A stretch of DNA of 64,000 bases from Candidatus Danuiimicrobium aquiferis (GCA_001804285.1 MHFR01000016.1:13975-77974), one strand, 5' to 3'; shown: positions 17,877 through 28,774, numbered from the stretch's first letter. Notes: a model not told the origin generated them from the letters alone. A program made the numbers and translations.

Positions 17877-18899
17877 ATGATTTCTTGTTCGATTATTGGC
17901 GCAACGAGTTATACCGGGAATGAATTAATCCGGCTTTTGGCGAAACATCCGAATGTAAAGTTCGGATGCCTCACCACACGATCGGAAGACCCTGTTTTGG
18001 CGGCGGAAATGGTGCCTTCTCTCGGTAAAAATGACACGCTCTGGATCGAAAAGTTTGACGAGAAAAAAGTGCTTAAAGTATCCGATGTTATTTTTCTCAC
18101 GTTACCGCACACGGCAGCGATGGAATATGGGGCGAAGTTTTTCAAAGCGGGCAAAGTGGTAATCGACCTTTCCGCGGATTTCCGGTTTCAAGAACCGAAA
18201 GTTTATGAAGAGTGGTATCGCGTAAAGCACAGTGCGACTGCGCTTCTTAAGAAAGCGGTTTACGGTCTTCCGGAAATTTATCGGGAACAAATTAAAAAGG
18301 CGAATTTAATTGCGAATCCCGGTTGTTATCCCACCGGCCCAAGTATTGCGCTTTATCCGCTTCTGAAAGGAAGTCTGATTCAAGCGGAGTCGATTGTGAT
18401 TGATGCCAAGTCGGGCGTAAGCGGCGCGGGAAAAAAACTTTCTCAGGTCACGCAATATTGTGAAGTGGATGAAAATTTCAGCGCGTATAAAGTTAATTGC
18501 CACCAACATCAGCCGGAGATTGAGCAGACTTTGTCGGCAATTGCCGGTAAAAAGATTAAAATTACTTTCGTTCCGCATCTTTTACCGCTTCAGCGGGGAA
18601 TTCTTTGCACGATCTATCTGAAACGGAAACGAAATGCAAGCAAACAGAAAATCGTAGAAACGTTTGAAAAGTTTGCCGGAAAACAGCCGTTCGTTCGTTT
18701 TCTCGGGCACGGAAAATTCCCGGGGTTGCATCAAGTTCAATATACAAATTTTTGCGATATCGGAATTGCCGTGGATGAAAATTCTGACGGGGTGATCGTG
18801 ATTACGGCGATCGATAATTTACTCAAGGGCGCAAGTTCTCAGGCCATACAAAATATGAATATCAGAATGGGATTCGCCGAAACAGCGGGGTTGTTATAA
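17877..18899 (+). CDS. argC: N-acetyl-gamma-glutamyl-phosphate reductase
   Basis: Rossmann N-terminus IIGATSYTGNEL and NPGCYPT active-site region. ATG at 17877 has a Shine-Dalgarno sequence; the track start at 17844 is TTG. Confidence 0.9.
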   Translation: MISCSIIGATSYTGNELIRLLAKHPNVKFGCLTTRSEDPVLAAEMVPSLGKNDTLWIEKFDEKKVLKVSDVIFLTLPHTAAMEYGAKFFKAGKVVIDLSADFRFQEPKVYEEWYRVKHSATALLKKAVYGLPEIYREQIKKANLIANPGCYPTGPSIALYPLLKGSLIQAESIVIDAKSGVSGAGKKLSQVTQYCEVDENFSAYKVNCHQHQPEIEQTLSAIAGKKIKITFVPHLLPLQRGILCTIYLKRKRNASKQKIVETFEKFAGKQPFVRFLGHGKFPGLHQVQYTNFCDIGIAVDENSDGVIVITAIDNLLKGASSQAIQNMNIRMGFAETAGLL

Positions 18900-20155
18900 T
18901 GAAAGATTTGAAAGTGGTTCCAAACGGCAGTGTGACATCCCCTCAGGGTTTTAAAGCTTTTGGAATGTATGCGGGCATTAAAAAGAATGCGCGCAAATAT
19001 GATGTTTCTTTGATTTGTTCGGATGTGCCGGCGGTTTCGGCCGGAACGTTTACGACGAGTAAAGTGAAAGCATGGCCGCTTCAATATAATTTAAAAATCA
19101 TGAAAAATAAAACGCACCGCGCGATTTTTGGAAATAGCGGGAATGCCAATTGTTTTAACGGGATCGGCGGGAAAAAAGCGGTGGGTGTGGTTGCCGGCCT
19201 TCTGGCGCGGCGATTAAAAATCAAGCGTAATCAGATTTTCATGAATTCGACGGGGATTATCGGGCGTTCCTATCCCACTGAAGTGGTTGAGAATGCGCTC
19301 CCGCAGCTCGTGAGTGGTTTGTCTTACGAAGGCGGCCATGAAGCAGCGCGGGGAATTTTGACGACGGATACGCATCCAAAAGAAATTGCGGTCCGTTTTT
19401 CACTACACGGGAAACCCGTGACAGTCGCAGCGATGGCGAAAGGTGCCGGGATGATGTATCCGGATATGAATGTGCGAGGGGAAAGTCCGAATTCGATTAA
19501 GGGAAAGCATGCGACGATGCTTTGTTTCGTGACAACGGACGCGAATATTTCTAAACGATTGCTTGAGCGTGCACTTGAAAACGTGATCCGGAAAACCTTC
19601 AACAAGATTGCGATCGACAATGATCAAAGCACGAACGATACCGTCTTGATTCTGGCGAACGGCCTTGCAGGAAATCAAAAAATCGTCAAGCAAGATCAGG
19701 GTTTTCTCGCTTTTGAATCGGCGCTACTCTGCGTTTGCGAATATATTGCCAAACATCTGCTCAAAGACGGAGAAGGTGTGACTCACGTTTGCGAGATAAT
19801 CGTGAAGGGCGCAAAAACGGGTGAAGAAGGAAACCAGCTTTGCCGCCAAATCGCGACGTCCATGCTTGTGAAAACGATGCTCGCGGGCGAAGATCCGAAT
19901 TGGGGGCGTCTGATGGGATGCGTTGGGTCGAGTCAAGTGGCTTATTCGCCCGAACTTGATATTGCGTTTGACGGAGTTCCGATTATTAAAAATGGCTGTG
20001 AAGTAGCTAAAAACAAACTTCATCTTCGTCAGTGCCTGAAGAAGAAAGAGTACGTGCTCGAAATTGATTTAAAAAAAGGCCGCTATGAAGAGCGCTTTTG
20101 GACGACGGATTTAACCAAGTTTTACGTGTGGATTAATTCACAATATTCGACGTGA
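18899..20155 (+). CDS. argJ: Bifunctional glutamate N-acetyltransferase / ornithine acetyltransferase
   Basis: ATMLCFVTTDA self-cleavage/threonine motif; TAATG overlap with argC. Confidence 0.9.
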   Translation: MKDLKVVPNGSVTSPQGFKAFGMYAGIKKNARKYDVSLICSDVPAVSAGTFTTSKVKAWPLQYNLKIMKNKTHRAIFGNSGNANCFNGIGGKKAVGVVAGLLARRLKIKRNQIFMNSTGIIGRSYPTEVVENALPQLVSGLSYEGGHEAARGILTTDTHPKEIAVRFSLHGKPVTVAAMAKGAGMMYPDMNVRGESPNSIKGKHATMLCFVTTDANISKRLLERALENVIRKTFNKIAIDNDQSTNDTVLILANGLAGNQKIVKQDQGFLAFESALLCVCEYIAKHLLKDGEGVTHVCEIIVKGAKTGEEGNQLCRQIATSMLVKTMLAGEDPNWGRLMGCVGSSQVAYSPELDIAFDGVPIIKNGCEVAKNKLHLRQCLKKKEYVLEIDLKKGRYEERFWTTDLTKFYVWINSQYST

Positions 20156-20181
20156 ATGGTTAGAAACAGTTTCGTAAAGTC

Positions 20182-20209
20182 TGTCATCCCCGCGAAAGCG
20201 GGAATGACA
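20182..20209. repeat. MITE family B single hairpin (tgtcatccccgcgaaagcgggaatgaca)
   Basis: Palindrome in the sequence. Confidence 0.65.
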
Positions 20210-20253
20210 TGAGAAAAAAGTTAGGTTAAAACAATAGGAGTTAAAGAAACAGC

Positions 20254-21114
20254 ATGATCGAAGAAATTATTGATAAAGCGGATATTTTAATCGAGTCGCT
20301 TCCGTATATTAGAGAATTTCGGGGAAAAGAAATTCTGATTAAGTATGGCGGAGCTGCGATGACGGATCCGGAAATCAGGGATCACGTTTTACATGATCTT
20401 GTATACATGAACTACGTCGGGATTCGGCCGATTTTGGTGCATGGCGGCGGGCCGGCCATTACGGAAAATTTGAAAAAAGCCGGAGTCGAATCCAAATTCG
20501 TGAACGGTCTTCGTGTGACGGATGAAGCGACGATCAAAGTGGTGGAAGCGACTTTGCGCGGGTTGAATCAAGAACTCGTCAGCGATTTAATTAAATTTGG
20601 TGCGCAAGCCATGGGGTTGTCGGGCCATGATGCCCGGATTTTAAAAGTGAAGAAACACACAGCGAATAATGTCGACATCGGTTTCGTTGGCGATGTGGTT
20701 GAAGTGAATACCAAGCCGATCAAGAAACTGACGGAAGCAAATATGATTCCGGTGGTTTTCCCGATCGGTTACGATGCGGCCGGTGCGATGTATAATGTGA
20801 ATGCGGATGAAGCAGCGGCGCAAATTGCAATTGCGATGAATGTGAGCAAAGTGATGGTACTTACAAATGTGAGAGGGATTCTCCGTGATAAAGATGACGC
20901 CCGGACGCTCATATCGTCCCTTCATGTGAACGATGTCGAAATGCTGAAGGAAAAACAAGTGATTTCCGGAGGAATGATTCCGAAAGTAAATTCCTGTATG
21001 AAGGCAATCAATGGAAATGTTCCGAAAGCGCATATCATCGACGGAAGAATCAAACATGCGCTTTTGTTCGAAATTTTTACTGAAAAAGGAATCGGTACAG
21101 AGATTGTAAAATAA
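20254..21114 (+). CDS. argB: Acetylglutamate kinase
   Basis: ILIKYGGAAM ... amino-acid kinase family; 286 aa. Confidence 0.9.
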   Translation: MIEEIIDKADILIESLPYIREFRGKEILIKYGGAAMTDPEIRDHVLHDLVYMNYVGIRPILVHGGGPAITENLKKAGVESKFVNGLRVTDEATIKVVEATLRGLNQELVSDLIKFGAQAMGLSGHDARILKVKKHTANNVDIGFVGDVVEVNTKPIKKLTEANMIPVVFPIGYDAAGAMYNVNADEAAAQIAIAMNVSKVMVLTNVRGILRDKDDARTLISSLHVNDVEMLKEKQVISGGMIPKVNSCMKAINGNVPKAHIIDGRIKHALLFEIFTEKGIGTEIVK

Positions 21115-21127
21115 CGCTATGGATTTA

Positions 21128-21320
21128 GGTCACTAGTCACCGGACACTGGTTACTATGTTCTGTTGACATTTAGTGTTCTCATTCCTTCTCCCTTTTGGG
21201 GAGAAGGTTAGGATGAGGGGGAATTTCAATCCCTCACCCTATCCCTCTCCCACAGGGAGAGGGGAAAGTATGTAAATATCAGCAGAACATAGTGAATAAA
21301 TGAGAAACCAGTGACTGGTG
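21128..21320. repeat. 193-bp palindromic element with 35-bp terminal inverted repeats (ggtcactagtcaccggacactggttactatgttctg / cagaacatagtga...ccagtgactggtg) enclosing ccttctccc/gggagaagg and ccctctccc/gggagaggg hairpins
   Basis: Inverted repeats read from the sequence; lies between argB and argD. Confidence 0.7.
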
Positions 21321-21345
21321 TCAAGTGTCTATCGACGAGGAAGTT

Positions 21346-22533
21346 ATGAAAACCAAAGAAGTTCAGGAACAATATAATCAATATGTGCTTCCGACTTACA
21401 CGCGGGTTTCGATGTGTATTGTCAAGGCAAAGGGCCTTAAGGTTTGGGATATCGAAGGGAAAGAGTATCTCGATTTTTTTTCGGGTTGGGCGGTTTCCGG
21501 ACTCGGGCACTGCCATCCGGCTGTTGTCAATGCGATTAAGAATCAGATCCGGAAAGTGATTCATATTCCAAACAATTTCTATGGTATCAAACAAGGTCAG
21601 CTTGCGGAGAAAATTATTCAGCATTCATTTCCGGGGCGTGTTTTCTTTTGCAACAGCGGAGCGGAAGCGAATGAGGGCGCGATTAAATTTGCGCGACGGT
21701 ACGGATCTCTTTCCGGGCGTTATGAAATTGTGACGATGAAAAATTCGTTTCACGGAAGAACATTGGGTGCGCTTGCCGCGACGGCACAGGAAAAATATCA
21801 AAAAGGGTTTAATCCGCTGCTTGAGGGATTTAAATATGTTCAACTGAATGATTTCGAAGCGCTCCAAAAAGTGGTATCGGATAAGACTGTTGCGATTATT
21901 TTGGAGCCGATTCAGGGCGAAGGCGGAGTGAATATTGCCGATGTCGATTATATCAAACGCCTCCGGACATTTTGTGATGACCGGAAGATACTGCTTATTT
22001 TCGATGAAGTTCAAACCGGTATGGGGCGGACGGGATATTGGTTTGCCTTTCAGCATTATGGAATAGAACCAGACTTGATGACGCTTGCGAAATCGCTTGC
22101 AAATGGCGTTCCGATCGGCGCGTTGGTGGTGAACCGGAGGATTAAAGAGGAAGTTTTAGTCGCCGGGACGCATGCGTCGACATTCGGTGGAAATCCGTTG
22201 GCAACAGCAGCAGGACTTGCGGTTTTTAAGGCGATTGAGGAGGGTGGATTGCTCACTCGCGCGAAAGAAATGGGTGAATATTTGCGGGCGGGTCTTGAGA
22301 AAATAAAACAAAAGCATCCGGCTGTCATTAAAGAAATCCGGGGGATGGGGCTGATGCTTGGCGTTGAACTGCATGTACCGGGGTCCGATATTGTGAATCG
22401 CGCGCGGGAAGCGGGTCTCCTGATTAATTGTACGCAGGACAAGGTGCTTCGGATTATTCCGGCGATGACGATTACGAAACGGCAGGCTGATCAGGGACTC
22501 GACATCTTAGATCAAGTGTTAGCATCTGTTTAG
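21346..22533 (+). CDS. argD: Acetylornithine aminotransferase
   Basis: Class-III aminotransferase with the PLP-lysine region FDEVQTGMGRTG. ATG at 21346 has a Shine-Dalgarno sequence. Confidence 0.9.
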   Translation: MKTKEVQEQYNQYVLPTYTRVSMCIVKAKGLKVWDIEGKEYLDFFSGWAVSGLGHCHPAVVNAIKNQIRKVIHIPNNFYGIKQGQLAEKIIQHSFPGRVFFCNSGAEANEGAIKFARRYGSLSGRYEIVTMKNSFHGRTLGALAATAQEKYQKGFNPLLEGFKYVQLNDFEALQKVVSDKTVAIILEPIQGEGGVNIADVDYIKRLRTFCDDRKILLIFDEVQTGMGRTGYWFAFQHYGIEPDLMTLAKSLANGVPIGALVVNRRIKEEVLVAGTHASTFGGNPLATAAGLAVFKAIEEGGLLTRAKEMGEYLRAGLEKIKQKHPAVIKEIRGMGLMLGVELHVPGSDIVNRAREAGLLINCTQDKVLRIIPAMTITKRQADQGLDILDQVLASV

Positions 22534-22540
22534 CGCTTTG

Positions 22541-22650
22541 AAGTAGCGAATACGTCAAAGTTGTGTCATACCCGCATGCAGCGAAGCAGGCATGACAAAA
22601 AAGTTGAGGTCCTTTTACGGATAAGCACTTCAAAATGCTAAATAAATGCA
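22541..22650. repeat. Family A element (tagcgctttgaagt ... cacttcaaaatgcta) with a nested family B hairpin at 22574-22607
   Basis: Terminal inverted repeats match those of the copy at 44351-44452. Confidence 0.55.
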
Positions 22651-22668
22651 AGCATTAGAGGAGTAAGT

Positions 22669-23592
22669 ATGAATTACAAACGGTGTATTGACGTATACGA
22701 TTTCAGCGTTTCGGAGATTTTTGAAATTTTTGATCTTGCGATGCGGGTGAAAAAAAATCCGCTTGCATATAAAAATCTTTTGAACGGGAAAGCGCTCGGC
22801 CTGATTTTTGAAAAGCCGTCAACACGGACCTGGGTGTCGTTTGACATCGGGTTTTCGACGCTCGGCGGACATGCGATTTATTTAGGCCCTCAGGATATCA
22901 AACTCGGCGTACGCGAAGAAATCCGGGATGTGGCGCGTGTGCTGGCGCGGTATTTGGATGCGATCGTGATGCGGACTTTTTCGCATAAAACGATTATTGA
23001 ATTTGCGCGCTATTTTGCAAAGCCCGTGATTAACGGATTAAGCGACTTAGAACATCCGTGCCAGGCGTTAACGGATTATTTTACCATGTTGGAAATTTTT
23101 GGCGATTTCAAAGGACGAAAAATTGCCTATGTGGGTGACGGAAATAATGTTTTAAGTTCGCTTTTGTTACTTGCTGCGCGGCTGGGCGTGGATTTTTCGT
23201 TTGCGACCCCAGAAGAGTGCCTGGTCCGCCGTTCGACGTTGATGCGGGCCCGGCGGGAAGCCAAGCGGACCAAAGCAAAAATTTCAGAGTTTCACAATCC
23301 CGGCCAGGCGGTCCGGGGCGCAGACATCATTTATACGGATGTCTGGGTGAGTATGGGCGAAGAGCACAAGTCGAGTAAACGGAAATATTTTAAGCCGTTT
23401 CAGGTGAATCAAAAACTTTTAAGCAAAGCAAAAAAGGATGTGCGTTTCATGCACTGCCTTCCGGCACATCGCGGGGAGGAAGTGACAAACGACGTGATCG
23501 AAGGAAAACATTCGGTTGTGTTTGATCAGGCGGAAAACCGCATCCATGTTCAAAAGGCGATTTTAATTTATTTGTTGGGAATGAATGCATAA
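22669..23592 (+). CDS. argF: Ornithine carbamoyltransferase
   Basis: STRTWVSF and HCLPAHRGEE motifs. Confidence 0.9.
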   Translation: MNYKRCIDVYDFSVSEIFEIFDLAMRVKKNPLAYKNLLNGKALGLIFEKPSTRTWVSFDIGFSTLGGHAIYLGPQDIKLGVREEIRDVARVLARYLDAIVMRTFSHKTIIEFARYFAKPVINGLSDLEHPCQALTDYFTMLEIFGDFKGRKIAYVGDGNNVLSSLLLLAARLGVDFSFATPEECLVRRSTLMRARREAKRTKAKISEFHNPGQAVRGADIIYTDVWVSMGEEHKSSKRKYFKPFQVNQKLLSKAKKDVRFMHCLPAHRGEEVTNDVIEGKHSVVFDQAENRIHVQKAILIYLLGMNA

Positions 23593-23640
23593 GTCAAATG
23601 AGCGCTCGACCTTACGGAACGTAAGTCGATGCGCGAATTT

Positions 23641-23746
23641 GATCCCCGCATGTTTTTAGCGGGGAACCATTGTTCTGGATTCCCGCCTCCCTGGAAATAC
23701 AGGGCCGGCCCTCGCTTTACCGAGGGAAGGCATGCGGGAATGACAA
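23641..23746. repeat. MITE family B full-length copy, in opposite orientation to the copies at 27769 and 32232
   Basis: The reverse complement aligns with 27769-27878. Confidence 0.75.
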
Positions 23747-23804
23747 TGTTCGAAGTTGAGGAATTAACAGAGTTCAAACGTTGATTGTATGATGAAGGTG
23801 ATTC

Positions 23805-24989
23805 ATGAAAAAGATTGTATTGGCTTATTCGGGCGGACTTGATACATCATGCGCGGTGAGATGGCTCAAAGATACTTACGAAGCTGAAGTGGTTTGTTTT
23901 TCGGCGTTTATCGGTGAAGTCGGAGACCGGAAGCTTTTGATGCAAAAGGCAAAATCCGCCGGAGCTTCCAAAGTATACGTCGAGAATTTAAAAGAAGAAT
24001 TTGCGGATGATTTTATTATGCCGGCGCTTTGGGCTCATGCGAAATACGAGGGGAAATATTTGCTGGCAACGGCGCTTGGCCGGCCGCTGATTGCAAAACA
24101 TCTTGTGAAGATTGCGGCAATCGAAAAAGCCGATTGCGTGGCGCACGGCTGTACGGGAAAAGGAAACGATCAGGTCCGGATTGAAGTGGGTGTGAAAACG
24201 CTCAATCCCGATCTTCAGATCGTCGCTCCTTTAAGGGAATGGTCCTTCAAATCAAGAGAAGAAGAAATTGATTATGCCGAAAAGCACAATATTCTTGTAT
24301 CTGCGACGAAAAAAAGCCCTTATTCCATCGATAAAAATATTTGGGGGATAGCGATTGAGGCCGGAATCCTTGAGGACCCGTGGACGGAGCCGCCGGCAGA
24401 TGCTTATTTCATGACGCGGCCGCTTTCTGAGGTTCCGAAGAAACCCCTCTATGTCACGATTGGATTTGAGGAAGGGCGTCCCGTTTCTCTGAACGGCAAA
24501 AGCATTAAACTTGTGGCATTAATTGAAAAATTGAATGACATTGGCGGCCGGTATGGCGTGGGGCGGTCGGATTTAATTGAAAACCGTTTGGTCGGAATTA
24601 AATCGCGCGAAATTTATGAAGCGCCGGCGGCGACCATTCTTCAGCTTGCGCATGAAGAACTCGAAGGTCTTGTGATGGACCGTGATTTTCTGCATTACAA
24701 GCGGGTGTTATCGGAAAAATATGCGGAACAGGTTTATTACGGACTTTGGTTTACGCCGCTCAGAGAAGCACTCGATCAATTTTTTGCGACGCATCAATCC
24801 CGAGTAACCGGTTTCATCCGGATTAAATTAGACCAAGGGCAAGCGGTTGTCGTCGGACGGAAGTCGCCCTTTTCGCATTATTCGGAAGAGCTTGCGACTT
24901 ATTCTGAAAAAGACAAATTTGACCGGAAAGCAGCCGAAGGGTTCATGAAAATTTGGGCGATGCCGTATCGAGGGCATAAAGGCAAATGA
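23805..24989 (+). CDS. argG: Argininosuccinate synthase
   Basis: AYSGGLDTS P-loop; 394 aa. Confidence 0.93.
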   Translation: MKKIVLAYSGGLDTSCAVRWLKDTYEAEVVCFSAFIGEVGDRKLLMQKAKSAGASKVYVENLKEEFADDFIMPALWAHAKYEGKYLLATALGRPLIAKHLVKIAAIEKADCVAHGCTGKGNDQVRIEVGVKTLNPDLQIVAPLREWSFKSREEEIDYAEKHNILVSATKKSPYSIDKNIWGIAIEAGILEDPWTEPPADAYFMTRPLSEVPKKPLYVTIGFEEGRPVSLNGKSIKLVALIEKLNDIGGRYGVGRSDLIENRLVGIKSREIYEAPAATILQLAHEELEGLVMDRDFLHYKRVLSEKYAEQVYYGLWFTPLREALDQFFATHQSRVTGFIRIKLDQGQAVVVGRKSPFSHYSEELATYSEKDKFDRKAAEGFMKIWAMPYRGHKGK

Positions 24990-25057
24990 CGAAACGCGAA
25001 TGACAAATGTCGAATTTTGTAATTCGTTATTTAACATTGTAATTAAATGGTGAACGT

Positions 25058-26491
25058 ATGAAAAAATTATGGGGCGGACGGTTTAAAACAGATCTCGATC
25101 CCGTGGCGAAGAAATTTTCTTATTCGCTTGCGGTAGACTGCGAATTGTTGGATGCGGAGCTTTATGTGACGGCTGCGCATGTGCTGATGCTTGCGAAGGT
25201 GGGTATCCTTTCAAAGAGAGAAGCAAAAGCGATTGTGGACGGCCTTTGGAAAACAAAAGAAACTCTCAACAAAACAGTGGTTCAGGACGTCGCTCAAACA
25301 TGTGAAGATGTTCATACTTTGATTGAAATGACGCTAACCCAAAAGATCGGATCAATGGCAAAGAAAATCCATACCGCCCGGTCACGAAATGATTTGGTGG
25401 CCACATCGACGCGGCTGTATGTGAAAGAAAAAATCCATTCAATTTTGGAAGGGATTAATTCATTTCAATCAACGCTCGTTGCGCAGGCTGACCGGTATGC
25501 GGATGTGGTGATTCCGGGGTACACACATTTGCAGCGTGCGCAGGTTGTTCCACTCAGCCATCATTTGCTGGCGTATGTTGAAATGCTTGAGCGGGATAAG
25601 TCGAGGTTTTTGGATGCGCTGAAACGGCTCAATGAATGCCCGCTTGGCGCAGGAGCGATTGCAGGCAGCGGACTTCCGATTGACCGGACGTTTGTTTCGA
25701 AACTTTTGGGATTTGAAAGGCCGACGGCGAACAGCATTGATTCGGTGAGCGACAGGGATTTTGTCGTAGAAGTGACATCGTGTGTTGCGGTTGCGTATAT
25801 GCATTTATCGAGATTTGCAGAGGATCTGATTTTATGGAATTCTCAGGAATTTGGTTTTATCGAATTGGATGACCGCTTTGCAACGGGATCGAGCTTGATG
25901 CCGCACAAGAAAAATCCGGACATGCTGGAACTGACCCGCGGGAAAACGGGCGAGGCTTACGGAAATTTGATTTCTGTTTTGGTGACCATGAAAGGGCTAC
26001 CGCTTGCGTATAACCGGGATATGCAACAGGATAAAAAACCGCTTTTTGCTTCACTGAAAATGTTTACTGAAACGCTGGATGTTCTATCGGGAACCGTCAA
26101 GACATTTAAAGTGGACAAAAATAATTGCAAACGCGCGTGTAACGATAGTTTCCTGTTTGCGACGGATGTGCTCGAGTATCTCGTCAAAAAAGAAATTCCG
26201 TTCCGGGAGGCGCATGAACTTGTCGGGCGGCTTGTTCGTTATGCATCGGAAAGCAATACGACACTCGGCGCGCTGACGCTTGAAACATATAAAAAATATT
26301 CCGAAGCGTTTGAGAAAGATGTTTTTGATCTTTTCGATCCGCTCGTTTCGGTGAATTCAAAAGTGTCAACGGGCAGTGCGAACCCGGAGCTTGTAAAAGC
26401 GGAAATGGATCAGTGGAAAGTGCGTTTGAAATCAGAAAAAACAAATCTGAAGAAACAATATCACATCACCCAAGAGGCGTTTGTCCTGTAA
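25058..26491 (+). CDS. argH: Argininosuccinate lyase
   Basis: GSSLMPHKKNPD fumarate-lyase signature. Confidence 0.93.
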   Translation: MKKLWGGRFKTDLDPVAKKFSYSLAVDCELLDAELYVTAAHVLMLAKVGILSKREAKAIVDGLWKTKETLNKTVVQDVAQTCEDVHTLIEMTLTQKIGSMAKKIHTARSRNDLVATSTRLYVKEKIHSILEGINSFQSTLVAQADRYADVVIPGYTHLQRAQVVPLSHHLLAYVEMLERDKSRFLDALKRLNECPLGAGAIAGSGLPIDRTFVSKLLGFERPTANSIDSVSDRDFVVEVTSCVAVAYMHLSRFAEDLILWNSQEFGFIELDDRFATGSSLMPHKKNPDMLELTRGKTGEAYGNLISVLVTMKGLPLAYNRDMQQDKKPLFASLKMFTETLDVLSGTVKTFKVDKNNCKRACNDSFLFATDVLEYLVKKEIPFREAHELVGRLVRYASESNTTLGALTLETYKKYSEAFEKDVFDLFDPLVSVNSKVSTGSANPELVKAEMDQWKVRLKSEKTNLKKQYHITQEAFVL

Positions 26492-27750
26492 TGCATGATT
26501 TTCGATATGAAAATGGAGAGCTTTTCTGCGAATCCGTCCGTGTGCGCGATATCGCAAAAAAAGTCGGGACACCATTTTATGTTTACAGTTATAAAACGGT
26601 GATCGACCACTTCGAGAAACTCAAACAGGCTTTCCGCCCCGTGAAACCCATTATTTGTTTTTCAGTGAAGGCAAATTCAAACCTTTCGGTTTTGCGGTCG
26701 CTTGTCAAAGCCGGTTCCGGGCTTGACATTGTTTCCGGCGGCGAACTTTTCCGGGCCAAACAAGTGAAATGTCCGTCATCCAAAATCGTGTATGCCGGTG
26801 TCGGGAAGACGGTGGATGAAATCATGGCGGCGATCAGAGCGAAAATTTTGCTTTTTAACGTTGAGTCGGCCCCGGAACTTGCACGAATCCAGCGGATTGC
26901 CTATCTGATGGGAAAGAAAGTGAACGTGTCTCTCCGCATCAATCCCGCGATCGATCCGGAGACGCATGACCACATCGCAACCGGGAAAAAGGAATCGAAA
27001 TTTGGCCTTGAAATGGAAGAAGCCGATCGCATTTTTGAAAATGCCGATCAATATCCGAATGTGTCTTTGTGCGGTGTGCACGTGCATATCGGCTCGCAGA
27101 TTGTAAGCGGCGAACCGTTTGTCCGGGCACTCCGGAAAGTAATGATCTTCATTCTCAATTTGGAAAAGAAAGGGCATAAAATCAAATATCTCAATTTGGG
27201 CGGCGGAATGGGGATTGTTTATTCGGATGAACATCCGCAGACTGCCGACGAATATGCGAAAAAGATTTTACCGCTGATCCGGCGAGGCCGATATCAAGTA
27301 ATTCTTGAACCCGGGCGTTTTATCGTCGGGAATGCGGGAATTTTTGTAACGCGCGTTGTGTATATCAAAAAAACGCAATCGAAAAATTTTGCGATTGTTG
27401 ACGGCGGCATGAACGATCTCATCCGGCCGGCTTTTTACGGATCATTTCATGATGTGTGGCCGCTTGTAAAAGATGGCCGGGCGCAAAAAATTGTATACGA
27501 TGTGGTCGGGCCAATTTGTGAAAGCTCCGATTTCCTTGCGAAGAACCGGCTGCTTCAGGAATTGGATGCCGGCGATGAAATCGCGCTGGCCAGTGCGGGT
27601 GCGTACGGTTTTTCGATGTCTTCGAATTATAATGCGCGACCGCGTGTATGCGAAGTGTTTGTTCACGGTTCGAAGTTTGAAATCGTGCGCCGGCGCGAAA
27701 CGTATCAGGATTTGATCCGCGGCGAAAAAGTTCCAGCGTGGCTCAAGTGA
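26491..27750 (+). CDS. lysA: Diaminopimelate decarboxylase
   Basis: VVGPICESSDFL and the PLP-fold N-terminus. ATG at 26491 overlaps the argH stop (TAATG). The track start at 26413 is upstream and in-frame. Confidence 0.9.
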   Translation: MHDFRYENGELFCESVRVRDIAKKVGTPFYVYSYKTVIDHFEKLKQAFRPVKPIICFSVKANSNLSVLRSLVKAGSGLDIVSGGELFRAKQVKCPSSKIVYAGVGKTVDEIMAAIRAKILLFNVESAPELARIQRIAYLMGKKVNVSLRINPAIDPETHDHIATGKKESKFGLEMEEADRIFENADQYPNVSLCGVHVHIGSQIVSGEPFVRALRKVMIFILNLEKKGHKIKYLNLGGGMGIVYSDEHPQTADEYAKKILPLIRRGRYQVILEPGRFIVGNAGIFVTRVVYIKKTQSKNFAIVDGGMNDLIRPAFYGSFHDVWPLVKDGRAQKIVYDVVGPICESSDFLAKNRLLQELDAGDEIALASAGAYGFSMSSNYNARPRVCEVFVHGSKFEIVRRRETYQDLIRGEKVPAWLK

Positions 27751-27768
27751 CAAAGGACGCTTTTTAAG

Positions 27769-27878
27769 TGTCATCCCCGCATGTTTTCCCTCGGTAAGGC
27801 GAGGGCCGGCCCTGTATTTCCAGGGAGGCGGGGATCTAAGGGGCAATAGATTCCCGACAAAAGCTTTCGGGAATGACA
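27769..27878. repeat. MITE family B full-length copy
   Basis: Hairpin modules gtcatccccgc / gcgggga.. and ggattcccg / cgggaatgaca. Confidence 0.75.
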
Positions 27879-27898
27879 AATATCTGAAAATAATCAAT

Positions 27899-28774
27899 AT
27901 GACCAATACAAAAACGATTCCATTCTGTAAAGCAGTGGCTTCCGGAAACGACTTTGTTGTCGTCGATAACCGGAAAGGATTGATCAAAAACGAAAAAAAG
28001 TTTGCGCAAAAAGTTTGCCGTCCGCATCTTGACATCGGAGCCGATGGGGTTCTTTTAGTTGAAAAATCAAATAAAGCAGATTTTTTTATGAGAATAATCA
28101 ATTCCGACGGTTCGGAAGCGGAAACCTGCGGAAATGGATTCCGTTGTATCACGCTGTATGCACACTGTGTATTGGGTTTCCCGAAAAAAATGAAATTTGA
28201 AACACTTGCCGGAATGATTGACGGTGAGATTCTTTCGTTTTCCCAAAATGAGCGTCCGGGCGATGCGGGAATTTGGGCCTGTATGCGGGCAAAAATGGTG
28301 AATCCGAAGGATTACAAGAAAGATATCTTTCTTGAGCTGGAGGGAATCAAAAAACTGCTCCACTGCTCATTTATCGATACCGGGGTTCCTCATGCGGTGA
28401 TTTTTACGGAAGGACTTGAATCCGTGGCTGTTCACGAATTGGGGAGAAAGGTCCGTTACCACGACAGATTCATGCCTCGCGGCACGAATGTTAATTTTGT
28501 GGAGATAACGGGGAAAAGTGCTCTATCGATTCGAACATACGAGCGCGGAGTAGAGGCCGAAACGCTTGCGTGCGGAAGTGGTTCAACGGCGGCAGCTGTG
28601 ATCGGATGTCTGACAGGGCATGTTCAATCGCCGGTGAAAGTGAAGACGAAAAGCGGTGAGATTTTAACCGTCCGGATGAAGATTGCGGGCGATAAAGTGC
28701 GAAATGTATTTTTAGAAGGCGATGCGAAAATTGTATTTGAAGGAAATATATTAGTTAAGGGAGACGTAAAATGA
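27899..28774 (+). CDS. dapF: Diaminopimelate epimerase
   Basis: GNDFVVVD and CGNGFRC active-site cysteines. Confidence 0.9.
   Translation: MTNTKTIPFCKAVASGNDFVVVDNRKGLIKNEKKFAQKVCRPHLDIGADGVLLVEKSNKADFFMRIINSDGSEAETCGNGFRCITLYAHCVLGFPKKMKFETLAGMIDGEILSFSQNERPGDAGIWACMRAKMVNPKDYKKDIFLELEGIKKLLHCSFIDTGVPHAVIFTEGLESVAVHELGRKVRYHDRFMPRGTNVNFVEITGKSALSIRTYERGVEAETLACGSGSTAAAVIGCLTGHVQSPVKVKTKSGEILTVRMKIAGDKVRNVFLEGDAKIVFEGNILVKGDVK

Noticed and set aside
26776-27234. 152-aa minus-strand ORF antisense to lysA
   Set aside because: Shadow ORF opposite a PLP-decarboxylase with clear motifs.
27442-28152. 236-aa minus-strand ORF spanning the lysA 3' end, the MITE and the dapF 5' end
   Set aside because: Antisense to two well-supported genes and reads through a MITE; it is an artefact.
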